From assembly GCA_900088475.1 (NCBI GenBank), contig FLMG01000057.1:1-58450 (forward strand): a stretch of 58,450 nucleotides of DNA. The letters are read 5' to 3'. This stretch comes from Hyphochytrium catenoides (taxonomy: Eukaryota; Protista; Hyphochytriomycota). Positions 11,345 through 44,379 of this stretch are shown here, in pieces. Below the pieces are notes generated by a model. It searched no databases. It was not told the DNA's origin and saw only the letters and a list, made by a program, of their open reading frames with translations. Numbering within the stretch: position 1 is the first letter of the stretch; each line of letters begins with the position of its first letter. The position numbers were made by a program, and so were the translations under genes.

Positions 11345-12701
11345 TAGGAAGCATCATCATCCAATAATCCGCGCATTCAATTCCCCTCAAAGAGGATTTA
11401 TCAGACGTTTTTCATCATCCTCTTTTTCGTCCTTTTGCAGCTCTGTCTTCTTCATCCATTATTTGGGTGCATGGCTCTTTATTAGCAGTAAGCGCTCAAA
11501 TGCTTTAACCACAGGCAGGCAACAACATATAATATTATTAACAAAAGCTCCTGCACTACTGTCCTAATAATTTACAAAGCGGCCGGGATAGCACCACCGG
11601 ATGCAGTAGAAGAAGTAATTGATAGGAAGGAGGACCAGCCACCGTCGTGCAGGAGGAGGACTTGTCGGTCGCACCTGGTGCTGCCCCCACAAGAAGAAGA
11701 AGAAGAAGTACTTCATTTTCAGCAGGAACGAACTATAGGCCCACTGACCGTCGGTAGTTAACAGAAGAACAATCATCAACTTCGCCGTCTTACTAGACTT
11801 GTTGACGTGCCGCCGGTCCATCGTCCTTCTTGTTGCATTATTATTGATGATGTCAGGTCCAAACAGAACAACAGTTTATTATGGGAGGGAGACTTTGTCT
11901 TTCTGTATGTACAGATATAACGTTGGGAATCGTTGTACAAGTAGTACAGACTGCACCACAGTAATAACAGCAAAGAAAAAGTGTGATTGATATAGGAATT
12001 TGGAAGCCATTATCGGTGATATGAGCGTTAATATCGGAAATGTTATGAGAATTCTTACTTCCAGCAGCCAGATTCTTCCCGAGGCTCCTCATCATTCTGA
12101 ATAATAAGTGGTAGGATCCTCAAAGATGGAAGATCTTCAACCCAACAGGACAGAACATGAGGCTTCCGTCATTCTGAATAATATGGCTGCTGGAGTTAGA
12201 GGAGTTTGCTGTCGATGTTCTGACGCCAAGAATTGGGCAAGAAGCTGCAGAAATCAAAGAAAGAAGCTGCAGAAATCTTCTTCCGCTGCTTCCGCTGCAC
12301 AGAATCTGCAGCATCTCCTTGGTATAGGTATAAGGCCAACTGCAACAACGACGCGTCTCTATAGCCTAGAAGCTTTTGAGCAGAATAGCCTCTGGTCATC
12401 GGGGCCTACTACTTACAACAGCGATCGAGATCTCTGATTTACGCGGGACTGGGGACATTCGGCCGCTGACTGATTCGCATAACTCATAACTAAGGTAGTA
12501 GCCCCTTCCCCACAGCAGAGGGGTGATTAAACTTGTGGGGCTACTGCGTCAAACGTGTCTAAAGGCCCAGGCTGCATTGGCTTCTGTCTCTGCATCCAAG
12601 TCTTGCGTTCCCATAACAGCTGCCTGCATGGCAGAGTGGTGACCCATTTGTTAGGCCGCACTTGTGGAAGAAAGATATACACAAGAACCATCTGCATAAC
12701 G

Positions 12702-13432
12702 ATGGCAACACCTCCTCCCGCCTTTGATCTGCAAGCAGCACATCAGTATTTTGCCAAGGTCTGCTTCAATAAGGCATGGGAGATGATCGACAAGCCTAAT
12801 CGCACGCAGGAAGAGGATGAACTTATGCTGTCTTTTACCCATACCTCGCATTGGCATTGGACACAGGTCAGTCGTACATTTCAACCTCCGTTGAGTGCGG
12901 TGCTGAAGTCTATGCAGGTGGAACGGAAGACGACGAAAAATATCTCGATAGCGTTGTGGCAAATTTCAAGGGTGTATGCCATCCTTGGTCAAGGAGAAAA
13001 CTCTCTAAGATATGCCGAGGCCTGTTTAAGGGTAGACCCTTTCCTGCTATGTCTTCTAGCCCAGTGACAAGCGCTAAAAGCTCTGACAGGAAACCATGCA
13101 AGATGCTGCCATAGAACCCTTCTACATCTGCTACGCATATGAGGCGCTCGCCCGGGCAGCCGGCGTTGCCAGTAACATTGGAGTAAGATAAGCTTCAAAG
13201 TGCCATTCCCTGACTGATTTGTCCTTACGCACGATGCCCTTCTTACTAACAGGCCATGAACAAGTATTTGGAGAAGGCAAAAGAATACGCTCAAAAAGTA
13301 GTCGACCCCGAGTCTCGAGGATGGATAGAGAACGATCTAAACAGCATCAACCTGGCGGCTGCAGACAATGTCCGACAAGTTAAAGCGGATCCCCTCAACC
13401 CTCAGGCTCTCGGCCCGGCCTATGCACAGTAG
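12702..13432 (+). CDS. Conserved hypothetical helical protein of a bacterial-type family, 4 exons
   Basis: Spliced: MATPPPAFDLQAAHQYFAKVCFNKAWEMIDKPNRTQEEDELMLSFTHTSHWHWTQ-VERKTTKNISIALWQISRVYAILGQGENSLRYAEACLR-ETMQDAAIEPFYICYAYEALARAAGVASNIG-AMNKYLEKAKEYAQKVVDPESRGWIENDLNSI...AYAQ*. Introns at about 12867-12917, 13032-13089 and 13183-13252. Confidence 0.8.
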
Positions 13433-13647
13433 GTCGTCATCAGCTGGCGCTACTAATCTCATTATACCATTTCAGCCGCGGCCTTTTCAACTTAACCCCA
13501 TGAGGCTGACGTCCTGCTGGAGGAGTAAGGATATGGAGAGAGAAGGAGCCGGAGATATGCAGCCTTGCTATTTAGAAAGGAAGAGATAGCTCATTAGCTC
13601 TTACAGCTTGTATATAATCGTAGCACAGCAAGGAGGCAGAGAAGAGG

Positions 13648-14929
13648 TCACTTTCCCTTCAGCTGCCGTAAAGCAGTTTTCACACGGCTCTTCCTCCATT
13701 CAACGTACGTCGTGTCCTCATGTTTCCTTTGCTCTCCATCTGAAGCCAATAAAATCTTCATCTGCCCATCGTAGTTCGCACCTACAAAGTAGCCAATGGA
13801 GTACCTATTGGAAAGACACTGCTTTGTCAGCCGTACATCTTTCAAAGAGGTCAACACTTGCAAAAGAAAAGTACCTGGATTCCTCTGCGCTACTGGTTGG
13901 TGGTAAGGCGACTCTATGTGGCGTTGACTTCCACCTATCATTTGTCCAATACATCAGTCCGTCTCCAATATTTACGACGAGCGCGCCTGAGACAGGTGGA
14001 ACCGAGAGCCAGTTGCCCTCTCCTTCTTCTTCCTCGCTCTTCTCTTCACCGATCTCATTCCGATAGCCTGCTCCCTGCGGTAGCCCTATCTCGAGCCCCT
14101 TCATCTGTCCATCTTGCGCTACGATGGTAAAAAGATCTAAATCTGTGTGCTTTGCCAGCCTTAGTTGTCCTGGTTTGACGCTTAGTTCACATGGAAGCGG
14201 AGGGTAATGATTGAGGCTCAGAATACTGGTAGGACGCGTCATTTGAGAACTTATTGTGCCCAGAGGAACCTTGAGGGCAAGCTCAAAAATCGTCACTAGC
14301 GTCCGTGAAAGCTCCGTCATCTCTTCATAGTAGCGACTCAGCGTTGATCTCATACGCTCGCCCAGGCCTGCCGCAGGCCATTTGTTGGGAAAAAACAGTA
14401 GTTTGGCATCCTTATGCTGGTAATAAGCCTGTGCTTCCGCCTAGGGATTAGGTTGTTCACCCGTTAGAGAAACATTTGAGAACAAGAGACGAGCGCCAGT
14501 ATCACCTGCCTGGCTCCCAAAGTCATGCTCCAGAACCTCTGGAAGTCCATCCTCGGTCATATAGGGTCCAATGCGAAATTTTTCAACAAGATCGTTGGGC
14601 TTCTTCTCCCCAGCCAAAATGGCAAAGTTCTCCTTGTCAGTGCCAATGTATCCTCGAGGCACCGGAGCGCGATAGGATGTCGCCTTCTTTTCAGTCTCGT
14701 CCTGAGAAAAGAACTCTGCAGAGATTGAGAATGCGGAGTCAATGGTCTCCTGGGCGATCCCATGGCCAGTGATGTACATAAAGCCGACTGTCTCAAGTGA
14801 CTTGCAGACCTCTGCCAGGACATGCTCTTGCTGGTCGTTGAGGGATTTAGTCTTTATTTGTGGGCATCTCCCAGCAGAAGTCTCAAACCCTAAAAAAGGG
14901 GAGATATCGATGAGCGATAGCTCGGACAT
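13648..14929 (-). CDS. 2-oxoglutarate/Fe(II)-dependent dioxygenase (IPNS/DIOX_N + 2OG-FeII_Oxy)
   Basis: LIDISPF, VGFMYITGHGI, RGYIG, LSLNHYPP, HTD (HxD), LVVNIGDGLMYWTNDRWKSTPHRV and RYSIGYF (RxS). Two introns. Confidence 0.92.
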
Positions 14930-15946
14930 TTATCCTTCTTATCACATATGCGTGCCAGTTCCTAAGCCACTATGCTAATAAGGAAGCGAGGAGCTGCCGC
15001 ACTATCCTCTCATATCGAACTGTTCACTTGGTGCCCGGTGCTGAGCATCTAGCACCTTATATCTTGCTCAGAAAAAGAAAAAAGGGGCTACTACTCATAC
15101 TACTAGAACCCCTTGAAGCTCTGAGTTTCACTGTGAGAGACCAGTAGGTTAGAGGCGAGCTGAAAGCCACCTCCTTAGAGCTAGGAAGCCTCAGCCCAGC
15201 GCACGATGGCCTTGATCCCAAGTGCCACCCTTGCCATGGCCACGACTAACACAAGAAGGCACTTTACAGGCACTTCCAGATCTTTGCGAACATCTTCCGC
15301 CTTTATTTTCTTCAGCACTTGGATCATCGCCGCCACCACTGTCTGTCCAATGTCCAATGTCCAAACTAGAACTACTCCAAACAGAGCTTTTTGATGGACA
15401 ATTTTCTGGTGACATGGCCGTCCTGCCTGCTCCTGGGGTATACCTGAGGCCAAAAAGTTGACAACTTCGACAAAAACGGAGCAGCATTTTCGCCTCATCA
15501 ATCATTTTATTACTACTCCACCTACACCGGCCCTTTTCCCTCTTCTTAGGCTAGCACAATTAACACTCGGTTTCGACTGCTTTAGGGAGTATTACTATTG
15601 CTCGGGAAACGAGCCCAATCAACACTTCAATGAGAACCATGCTCGACCAGAATGGCGTATTGCAAAATAACTACCATAAATCCGTATTTATTATGAATAG
15701 GATGCGAAACCAGTTGAAGGGAGCTTGTCAAGCACTTGCTTCCCAAGGTTTCCAATGCCAGAAGAGACAAGCTGAAGATTGATGCAGAGATTTATAGCAG
15801 AATCTGACTACCGCTAGAGTCTCAAGTGTCGCTTCGCCTAGTCTCTCGCCTATACATTGAGCACAACTAGACTCATTGTCTAACTTTCTTACAGCTGAGA
15901 AGCTTTACCTTGAGCACTGACGAAGCCGAAAGAATACTCTCGAAAC

Positions 15947-17458
15947 ATGTCAACCACTACCAACGGGACCGCCAACGGCGCTGCAGATGGAGCCAAGAAG
16001 CTCGTCGGATTCTCCAATTTCAAGAGGTAAGAGGAGCGCACATCTCTCTTAATGGATTGAGCGTGAGTAACCTTGTGTTTCACTTCAACAGGCACAACCC
16101 TCGCTCTGATCTATTTGAGTCCAGGGACTTCCATCACCTTGAGTTTTGGTGCTCAGATGCAACAAATGTGTCAGGCAGGTTCCAATGGGGCTTAGGATTC
16201 AACAGAGTGGCCAAGTCAGATATGAGTACGGGCAACCATGTCTATGCCTCCCACGTCCTAGCGAGTGGGAAGTGCACGTTCGCCTTCACGGCTCCATATG
16301 GGCTTCAGAATGAAGTTCTAGAGCAGCCGCCACACCCTTCATACAGCCGACAGGCGGCGCACGCTTTTGTTTCCAAGCATGGCTTGGCAGTACGGGCTGT
16401 AGGTATTACTGTTACTGACGCCCGACAAGCATATGAGGTCACGGTGAAGAATGGCGCCGTCGGTGTCCTGGAGCCTACAGATTTGGTGGTAAGAGGGATG
16501 GAGTATCACTCCTGCTTATTGCCCTTGTTTTCTTCAGTGGCTTATGCCTGCTTTGATTTCTCTGTTGCGGTGTCAGTGCAAGCTCCTTCCTTACTTTCTT
16601 TTTGTTGCACTAACGATGCTGACCATTATCGGTGTTCTGCTTCGATTGATACAGGACGCCAAAACGCAGAAGACTCTCACAATTGCGGAGATCAAATTGT
16701 ATGGAGATGTTGTGCTGAGATTCCTGAGCGGTGACTTCGATGGCCCTTTCCTTCCTAACTATGAGACAGAGACTGGACCAGACCTCAGTATTGGAATCTA
16801 CAGAGTTGATCACTGTGTGGGTAACGTCCCAAAGCTCCTGGATCAAGTCAACTATATGATGAAGGCGACGGGCTGGCACGAGTTTGCGGAGTTTACAGCT
16901 GATGATGTGGGCACGGTGGATTCTGGTCTGAACAGTATGGTCTTAGCCAACAATGAAGAGACAATCTTGCTGCCTGTAAATGAGCCTACACATGGCACAC
17001 GCAGGAAGAGCCAGATCCAAACTTATCTTGAGCAGAATGATGGTTCTGGCCTACAACATATCGCGCTAAAAACCGATGATATATTCAACACTGTGCGAGA
17101 GATGCGCAAGCGCGCTTATTGCGGAGGCTTCGATTTCATGCCCGCGCCTCCTCCGACTTACTATAAAGCATTGCCTGACCGCATCGGCGACACGCTCACA
17201 GCGGAGCAATACAAGATGGTAGAGGAGCTGGGCTTGCTTGTGGATCAGGATGATCAGGGGACTCTCGTCCAAGTTTTCACCAAGCCTCTGGGGGATCGCT
17301 CAACTGCATTCATCGAGATCATCCAACGTGTAGGCTGCATGTATCAAAAGGGTTCCGTAATGGAGCAGAAGCCCGCCTGTGGAGGCTTTGGCAAGGGCAA
17401 CTTCGCTGCTCTATTCAAGTCTATTGAGGACTATGAGAGATCTTTGAACATTAACTAG
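15947..17458 (+). CDS. HPPD: 4-hydroxyphenylpyruvate dioxygenase (plant/algal type), 3 exons
   Basis: KLVGFSNFKR-HNPRSD, FHHLEFWCSDA, DHCVGN, SGLNSMVL, RKSQIQTYL, GLQHIAL, QVFTKPLGDR, FIEIIQRVGC and CGGFGKGNF. Confidence 0.97.
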
Positions 17459-18155
17459 ACAACAAAAAGCTAGTATATTTAAATGCCGAAGGCTAATATC
17501 AACACAAGCAGTATCCTTACTCCCGCTGCCACCGTTTGCTACTTAACGGCGCTTGCCGCTTAGCATCGCATTTTGCCCCGAGCATACTCCTCACAGTAGT
17601 AGTGGTCTACTCTTTCAAAGTACGAGTAGCGAAAGAGGGAACGACCTTTCATACATAAAAGGTGCCCTAGCTCCTTGTTCACGTGGAACAAAATCTGCTG
17701 AAGCTACTTCTTCTTCGACAAACCCCGGCCCGGCTCTTCTCCTGCTTGTTGGAGCAACTTACTTTGGATGGCTGCTCGGGTTGTCCTGTTGCCTCTTTGC
17801 GCCGAGTACTCCTATCAGTGCCTCGCTGCTTGTCGGCGTTGGCCAGCAGGTGAGCCTATGACTCTTCGCATCAGTCGATCGGTCACTTTGTAGTTCAGGG
17901 TTGGACAAGTGTCGCACGAAGCTAGGGAGGAAACCCTAAAGTAAGGTTATTGGTTTTGTAGGGTTTAGTCCTTTATCTAGGTCCTTTTTTTTTGGTGATT
18001 TGGGGTTTACTGGTCAAGTATCCGAATCTAGTAGAAGCATGATGGTATTAGGTTCGGAACTTGTGGTGTAACGCTCAAGCTGTAAAATGTTGGGCCAAAC
18101 TGAAGAGATGCGACGGTCGACCGCTGGGCCCTGTCAGCCTTCCTTTGATGATAGA

Positions 18156-18156
18156 C

Positions 18157-18241
<85 letters not shown>

Positions 18242-18345
18242 CTCTCTCTCTCCTCTCGCTCTCTCTCTCTTTCACGCTCTCTCTCTCTTTCACGCTCTCT
18301 TCCTCTCTCTCACTCTCTTCTTTCTCTATTCCCTCTCTTCTCTTC
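18156..18345. repeat. (CT)n microsatellite tract upstream of the CFAP61-AK gene
   Basis: ctctctctct... about 190 nt directly visible; ends at a ...ttctcag acceptor-like site (possible 5'UTR intron). Confidence 0.9.
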
Positions 18346-18672
18346 TCAGCTCGGGCAGCTGGGGCTCAGTGTAGGAAAGAAAGAGCAAGGACTGCGTAAG
18401 CTGGCAGATATCAGTTGTGGATTCCTTGATATCAGTGATACCGCAGAGTGCTGCTTCCTGAAGCCCTGACCTCTATGCCAAGCAGCCGCATTGCTGGTGC
18501 CCTTTGCCGGATCAAAGGCTATCAGCATCTCAGCTTTGGCGCCTGGGAGACGGTAGCACACGCAGCTCCGCTCTCGAACCAGTAGACCCCCCTTTCGCCT
18601 GAGGACAAGGCATTTCTTGGAGGTTCCAGCACGGACGTTTGTGCCTTAAGTTTCTGAACTTCTCCTATCGCA

Positions 18673-39239
<20,567 letters not shown>

Positions 39240-39476
39240 GTACTAGACAAGCCTCTTCATAAGCTAGAAAACCATCCGTTACATTTCTATATACAATGCA
39301 TATAAAGTTACAAGGGTTAGCCTCCTCCCTGTTCGCAATTGTATCTCTTGAAAGCTGTCTCTGTCTTCCTTCTGTTCTGTCGTATCAGCTCGTTCCTCTA
39401 TCTTTTCTCGGCCGTGGAATCATTCCACCATCACAACCTTAGAAGTCAATGGGGAATAGGTCTACGAAGATCTGAT

Positions 39477-41915
39477 CTATACATACATTCTCGGGCCCTC
39501 CTCTCCTCCTCTGTCACCATTAGAGGCATCCAGAGCCTGGGTCTTGTCTAGTTCTCTCCTCGTCGGCTTGACTTGAGGATCTACTCGCCCATCCGCAGCT
39601 GTTCCCGCGCGCCTGGGAAGGACCCAATATTGCACGCCTCGCTTGGCGTTTCGCCTGTGTTCGGCGCCTAGCTTATGCAGCCACTGCGTCGCGACGTGCG
39701 TCGAGATCGGAAGCTTGTGCCCAGCCAACTGCTCTTTGGGTACGAGAGTCAAGATACTGTTTAGCCAGTCCCTAGTGGAGGGTTAGTAGAAAAAAATCAG
39801 AGGTTAGTTGCAAGAAGCTCAAGATCAAAGCTGCAAAGAATGAGAACAACGTAGCGGACTTAAAGCGCTTTACCGAAAGTCCTCCGCCTTGAAGCTACTT
39901 GTCTCTGTTACGGGGTCTGAGCGGCTAAGAATCCATTCTTCTGCTCTGGCTCTCAGCTCCCTATCCTCAAGTGGCCAGCGCCTTTCCCAGCGTCCTCTAT
40001 TTGACCTATAGACAGTTCAGCCGCGTTTTCATATGGCACCGAAAAAGGCAATTAGAATTGTTTGAAGAGCGCTAGACTTCAGTCAAGCCAGAAAACAGAG
40101 GACACTCAATTCTCTCCTAAAAAGATGGATGGAGCCTCTTCTTTCTCTGATTTCCTTCTTCACATCTCCCTGGGCAATGGCTCGGCGCTCTCTAATCTCA
40201 GTTCTCTTCTATAATTATGTACGCCATGGACGTATATATTGCCCCGTAAGAGGAGGAGCTCCGCACACAATGCTTACCGTTGCAGCTTTCCTCCGTTCTC
40301 CGTGAAGTGCTTGAACCAATCCCTAATGGTTCTACCTGACACTCCCATCATCTTGCCAACCTCATCCGCTATTCGATGCGTCGCTCCACCTCTCATTACT
40401 AGGATGGAGGGAGGCAACAGGTGAATGAAAGATGAAAGGGTTAGATGACGCAATCCTCGTAGCTTAACGTAGCTGTCGACGTTACCTCCCAGCGCAGCCA
40501 GCAGCCCAGTGATGTAGCTCTTAAGCGCAATCACTTGTCGAGAAAGGGAGAAATAATCTGCTTTCGACAGAGGAGGATCGTCCTCCGACGACAGCGTTAT
40601 CTTTTCAAAATTTCCAGCCTGCGCTTCCTTTATGATATTCTCTAAGCGTTCCTTTTGAAGCACTAGCAGCTTTCTCTTCTTTTGCACCGCGCGTGGAATA
40701 AGAACATCGTCGCCTGAGAGAGTCCGGAAGGCGGACTCTGCAAAGGAGTAATTAGAGAATCATTTTGTCTAATATAGCTTAACATGTGGGGGTAAAAATT
40801 AGAGATCAGCAGCAGATAAGCAAGAGAGATGTAAAAGAAGGGTCTTCAACAGCAGGAAAGCAGCTGGAAGATGGCAGGCCGTACCACCTCACCTAACTCT
40901 GTTGCGCCTGCCACATTCTCGCCCTCCGAGACGTGCATCGGAACCTCCTCACCCGTCTTGAGGGTATTGCTTGCGTCCATAAAAGGCGCTGCGACCTCTC
41001 TGAGTCCTCCGCCATCGCTCTCAAAAGCCAAGTGAGGTGCTCCAGTGTCAAGCGTTAGGGTCTCTGAAGCCCCGACCGCCGTGGCAGTATCCGCTGCTTG
41101 GTGCAACAGGCCCTCTGTGTGACTCTGTGGCATCGTGTTCTCGACTGTTTTAGCTCGTTTCGGCTCTCTTCCCTCTTTATCAAGTCTATGGACCACGTTT
41201 ACTGCAGAGACCGTATATGCAAAGGACGAGAGCGATAGAGTTAGATGGAACAATAATGGAAAAGACGTACACGGACGGATGACAAAAAGTCATGATGACC
41301 ATCCATAAGAAACAGCTCATAACAGCGTCGCCATCCTCCCATTCTGACAGAGATAAAGTCTATCGATAAGACGGAGACAATGGTCTACTTCGTAAGAGAC
41401 TACTGACCAGTGGAAGAAGTCAGATTGTCATACTGAGCCGACTTCATGATAGAGTCGAGTGATATACCCCGAGATACAAACGTCCGCTCCAGGAGCTCGT
41501 TTAGAAGCGAACTCAAAAAGTCCCAGTAGGGCTCTCCCACTTTTTCGTCCTCTGCACTGACTGCAGGTGGAAGCTTGCTGACATCCACACAGTTCTCTAC
41601 TAGGGCTGCTTTAAGCTGCATGCAAGTTGGCGGCGAGTCGCTAGGCCACCTGGTGAAGAGGAAGAGAAAAGCCCAAGGGTAAGGCTCCTTCCCAGCCCTT
41701 CTCCTCAGTTTCCTTCGGATACGATTCCGCTCCTTTAACTGGCAAACAGCGCGCTGGCTGATCTCAGGAGGTGGGATCGCATCCGCGCTCTTTCCTTTGT
41801 CAAAGTGAAGCTGGTCCACTGTGGTGCTATACTGGGCCGTGGCACCGGCTTTCCGTGGACGTCCCACTCTTCGTCTCTGGATGAACATGGCATCGACGTC
41901 TACCAGGTTCTCCAT
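39477..41915 (-). CDS. AT-hook protein with C-terminal Tc1/mariner/IS630-like bipartite HTH, no DDE domain; multi-exon, 5' end uncertain
   Basis: RRVGRPRK AT-hook. Spliced C-terminus: IADEVGKMMGVSGRTIRDWFKHFTENGGKLQR-SNRGRWERRWPLEDRELRARAEEWI...FKAEDFR-DWLNSIL...PISTHVATQWLHKLG...MYV*. Canonical GT-AG junctions keep the frame. Confidence 0.7.
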
Positions 41916-42572
41916 GTTGACACTAGCAGGTTCCTTAGGATGTAGCAGATCTGCAGTAAATGGTTACTGGTGGTACTGGTCTTCTCTTAGCAAGGACCTC
42001 TCTCAGTAGTTTGCGAAGCTCTTGTTGACCTGGGCAATATCTCACTCATGGTCCACGCCAGATAGAATAGCATTATTCCGCTGGGGCACCTGCCGCTCAT
42101 CCAGTCGCAGCATCAACGAAACCCTAGCGTACTCTGCCTCTGGTCAGAATGCCTTTCATAACACCACTAATGTCTGTACGTTGGATCCGACAAGGGAACG
42201 CTGCTGGACTCATCAACGAGTATGCCGGCTCTTTTGTAGCATAGCCGCGGGCGCGACTTGAGCGCTGATAGTTCAGTCGCAAGAATAACCAGGACTGCTA
42301 CTTACTAATCACGGAGCATTGACTAAGAAAGACGAGCTTTTCAGAACCCATTTTAAGCAAAGCGAGGAGCGACACATGGAGCTTCGCACATTTGTCAACA
42401 GCTATAAAAGTATGAAAGGCTCTACCTTGAAGACCGAGAAAACCATCTCTATTCATAGTTGTGCCCCATAACACAAAAATCCTAGGGTGATGTAATTCGT
42501 ACCTGTAACACCGTAGAACTGCTAGAACTACTGTATTTTATTTGTCTGGCAAGCACGAAAAGTTGCTCTAGC

Positions 42573-43715
42573 TCAGCTATCGAGGTCTTTTGCCAACAGC
42601 AAAGCTTCAACCTCTGCTTGAAGCTTCTGGTTCTCACTCCTGAGTGTCTGGTACTCTATCAACATCTCCTTTTTCTGTACAGACATTGCCGAGAGGGCTG
42701 CTTTCCGCGGACCTAGCTTGTCGTTTAAGTCTTCCAGACGAGCCTCTAGACTTTTCGTTCGTAACCTAACAGCTGCAGTCCGATCCTTTGCGGCTTGTAT
42801 GTCTCTTGTAAGTCTATTGACGCATTGCTGACGGTAAAAGCATCCAATGTGAGTCTTCCAGATTAATCAGCTGGATGTCCGGCTAGCCGGGGAAGAAGCA
42901 GCCCGCCTGGAACACTCTAACTCTGCTTACAAGTCCTACCTCAAGAGTTCTGATATCTTCTTTCACCTGTGCACTCTGCACTTGCTTTTCCGTCAATAAG
43001 GATTGAACAATCTTGAGTTTCTTCTCAGACTCTTCCAACCGGCCACTGGTCAATCCTTGTGCATGCGCTTGGTCTGCGTAAGACTTCCTTATGTTTTCTA
43101 TACATTCCAACCTTGTTTTACGGTCGAGAGCGATTCTACAGCAAATGCAATGTGGTTAATGTGTGAGGTGGTAAAGACGGAGACTGTTGACTATGGAAAA
43201 GAGTTGTGCTTCCAAGGGATGAACTACTAGGTACGATTTGCTATCAACGCAGCATGCAGACTAATGGTCGTGGCATGAAAGTGGAATGAATGGATAACGT
43301 TCAACCTCTCTTTCATCTTTTCCATCGCGTCATGTGCTTCTCTCGCGGCCCGCTCCTTCTGCTTCAAAAGCTTGCTAAGGCGCTCGTGTTCTTCTTCTTG
43401 CTCCCAATACCTCAGCTGAGACTTGTTGATTGCTGTCTTTGCATTATAGAGGCGAGAGAGGAGACTATTTTTCGTGGCAAGTAGACCCTCAAGTATCTTT
43501 TGCCGTTCTTTTGCTGCCCGCTTCTTTCCTTTAATGAGCTCTGCGTTCGCATGATATTGCTCCCACTTTGCCTCCACCTGTGCCTTAATTCCAATGATAA
43601 GCTGGTCGACTTCCTTGCTTGATGGTTCTAGATCTCCTTCATCACGACCAGCAGAGTTGAGAAGATCCTCCTGGCTTCTAAAATTCTCGTCATTCAAGCT
43701 TGGAAGTACGGACAT
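42573..43715 (-). CDS. Coiled-coil hypothetical protein, about 3 exons
   Basis: ORFs 43227-43811 and 42883-43110 plus last exon QCVNRLTRDIQAAKDR...LLAKDLDS*; heptad-rich in K/E/Q/L. Confidence 0.7.
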
Positions 43716-44379
43716 GATTGGGTAGCTACAGAGCACTAGGGGGACAGTGAAAGCACCATCAAGCGACACCACTGCGACTATTTTCTCTTCGGAGCCAACT
43801 ATGACGCTCAAGAAAAAAAAATTAAAGGAGAAGGGACGAGGACTAGATAGTCAGGCCAAGAACATCAGCGACCTTGAGGACCATCATCTAAGAGGACCGG
43901 ACTTTCTCGCTCTACCTAAACAGGTGCCGTTTAGTACTTCGCCTACAAACAGCGCAATAGGTAGACGATTTTGAGGAAGAGAGCGAGTGCCCGTTGATGG
44001 ATAAATTGATTTTTGAACGAATGGATTCTTGTCTCTCTGGCCGCCTAGAACTGGATCATTGTAGAGCACTAATGACACCACATAAACCTGAGAAGCAGAA
44101 TACAATTAGTCTCCTGATTCAATCTCGTCTCTCTTCTAACTCATTTTCGAATGGTTCCGAAAGAAATCTGAAACCTCCAAATGAAAAGAAGAAGCGAAGC
44201 TGAATTCACAGAGACGTCTAGGTCTTCATTATTTATTTTTCAAAATCCACTCGAACAGGACTTCCTCTACGTCGAAAGCTTCAGAAGGGCCCATCATCAT
44301 TGCTACAACCCGCGCCGTAGTTTAGCCAGGTACTAAATGCGCTTTGCTAACAAGGGATGGTGGGCGACTGGAATGAGAG

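Noticed and set aside
12495-12548. Small hairpin agtagcccc...ggggctact
   Set aside because: A 9-bp stem is within chance expectation and there is no snRNA/tRNA consensus
17930-17968. Telomere-like / telo-box motifs aaaccctaa and tagggttt
   Set aside because: Only two isolated copies; not an interstitial telomeric array, and a regulatory role cannot be supported
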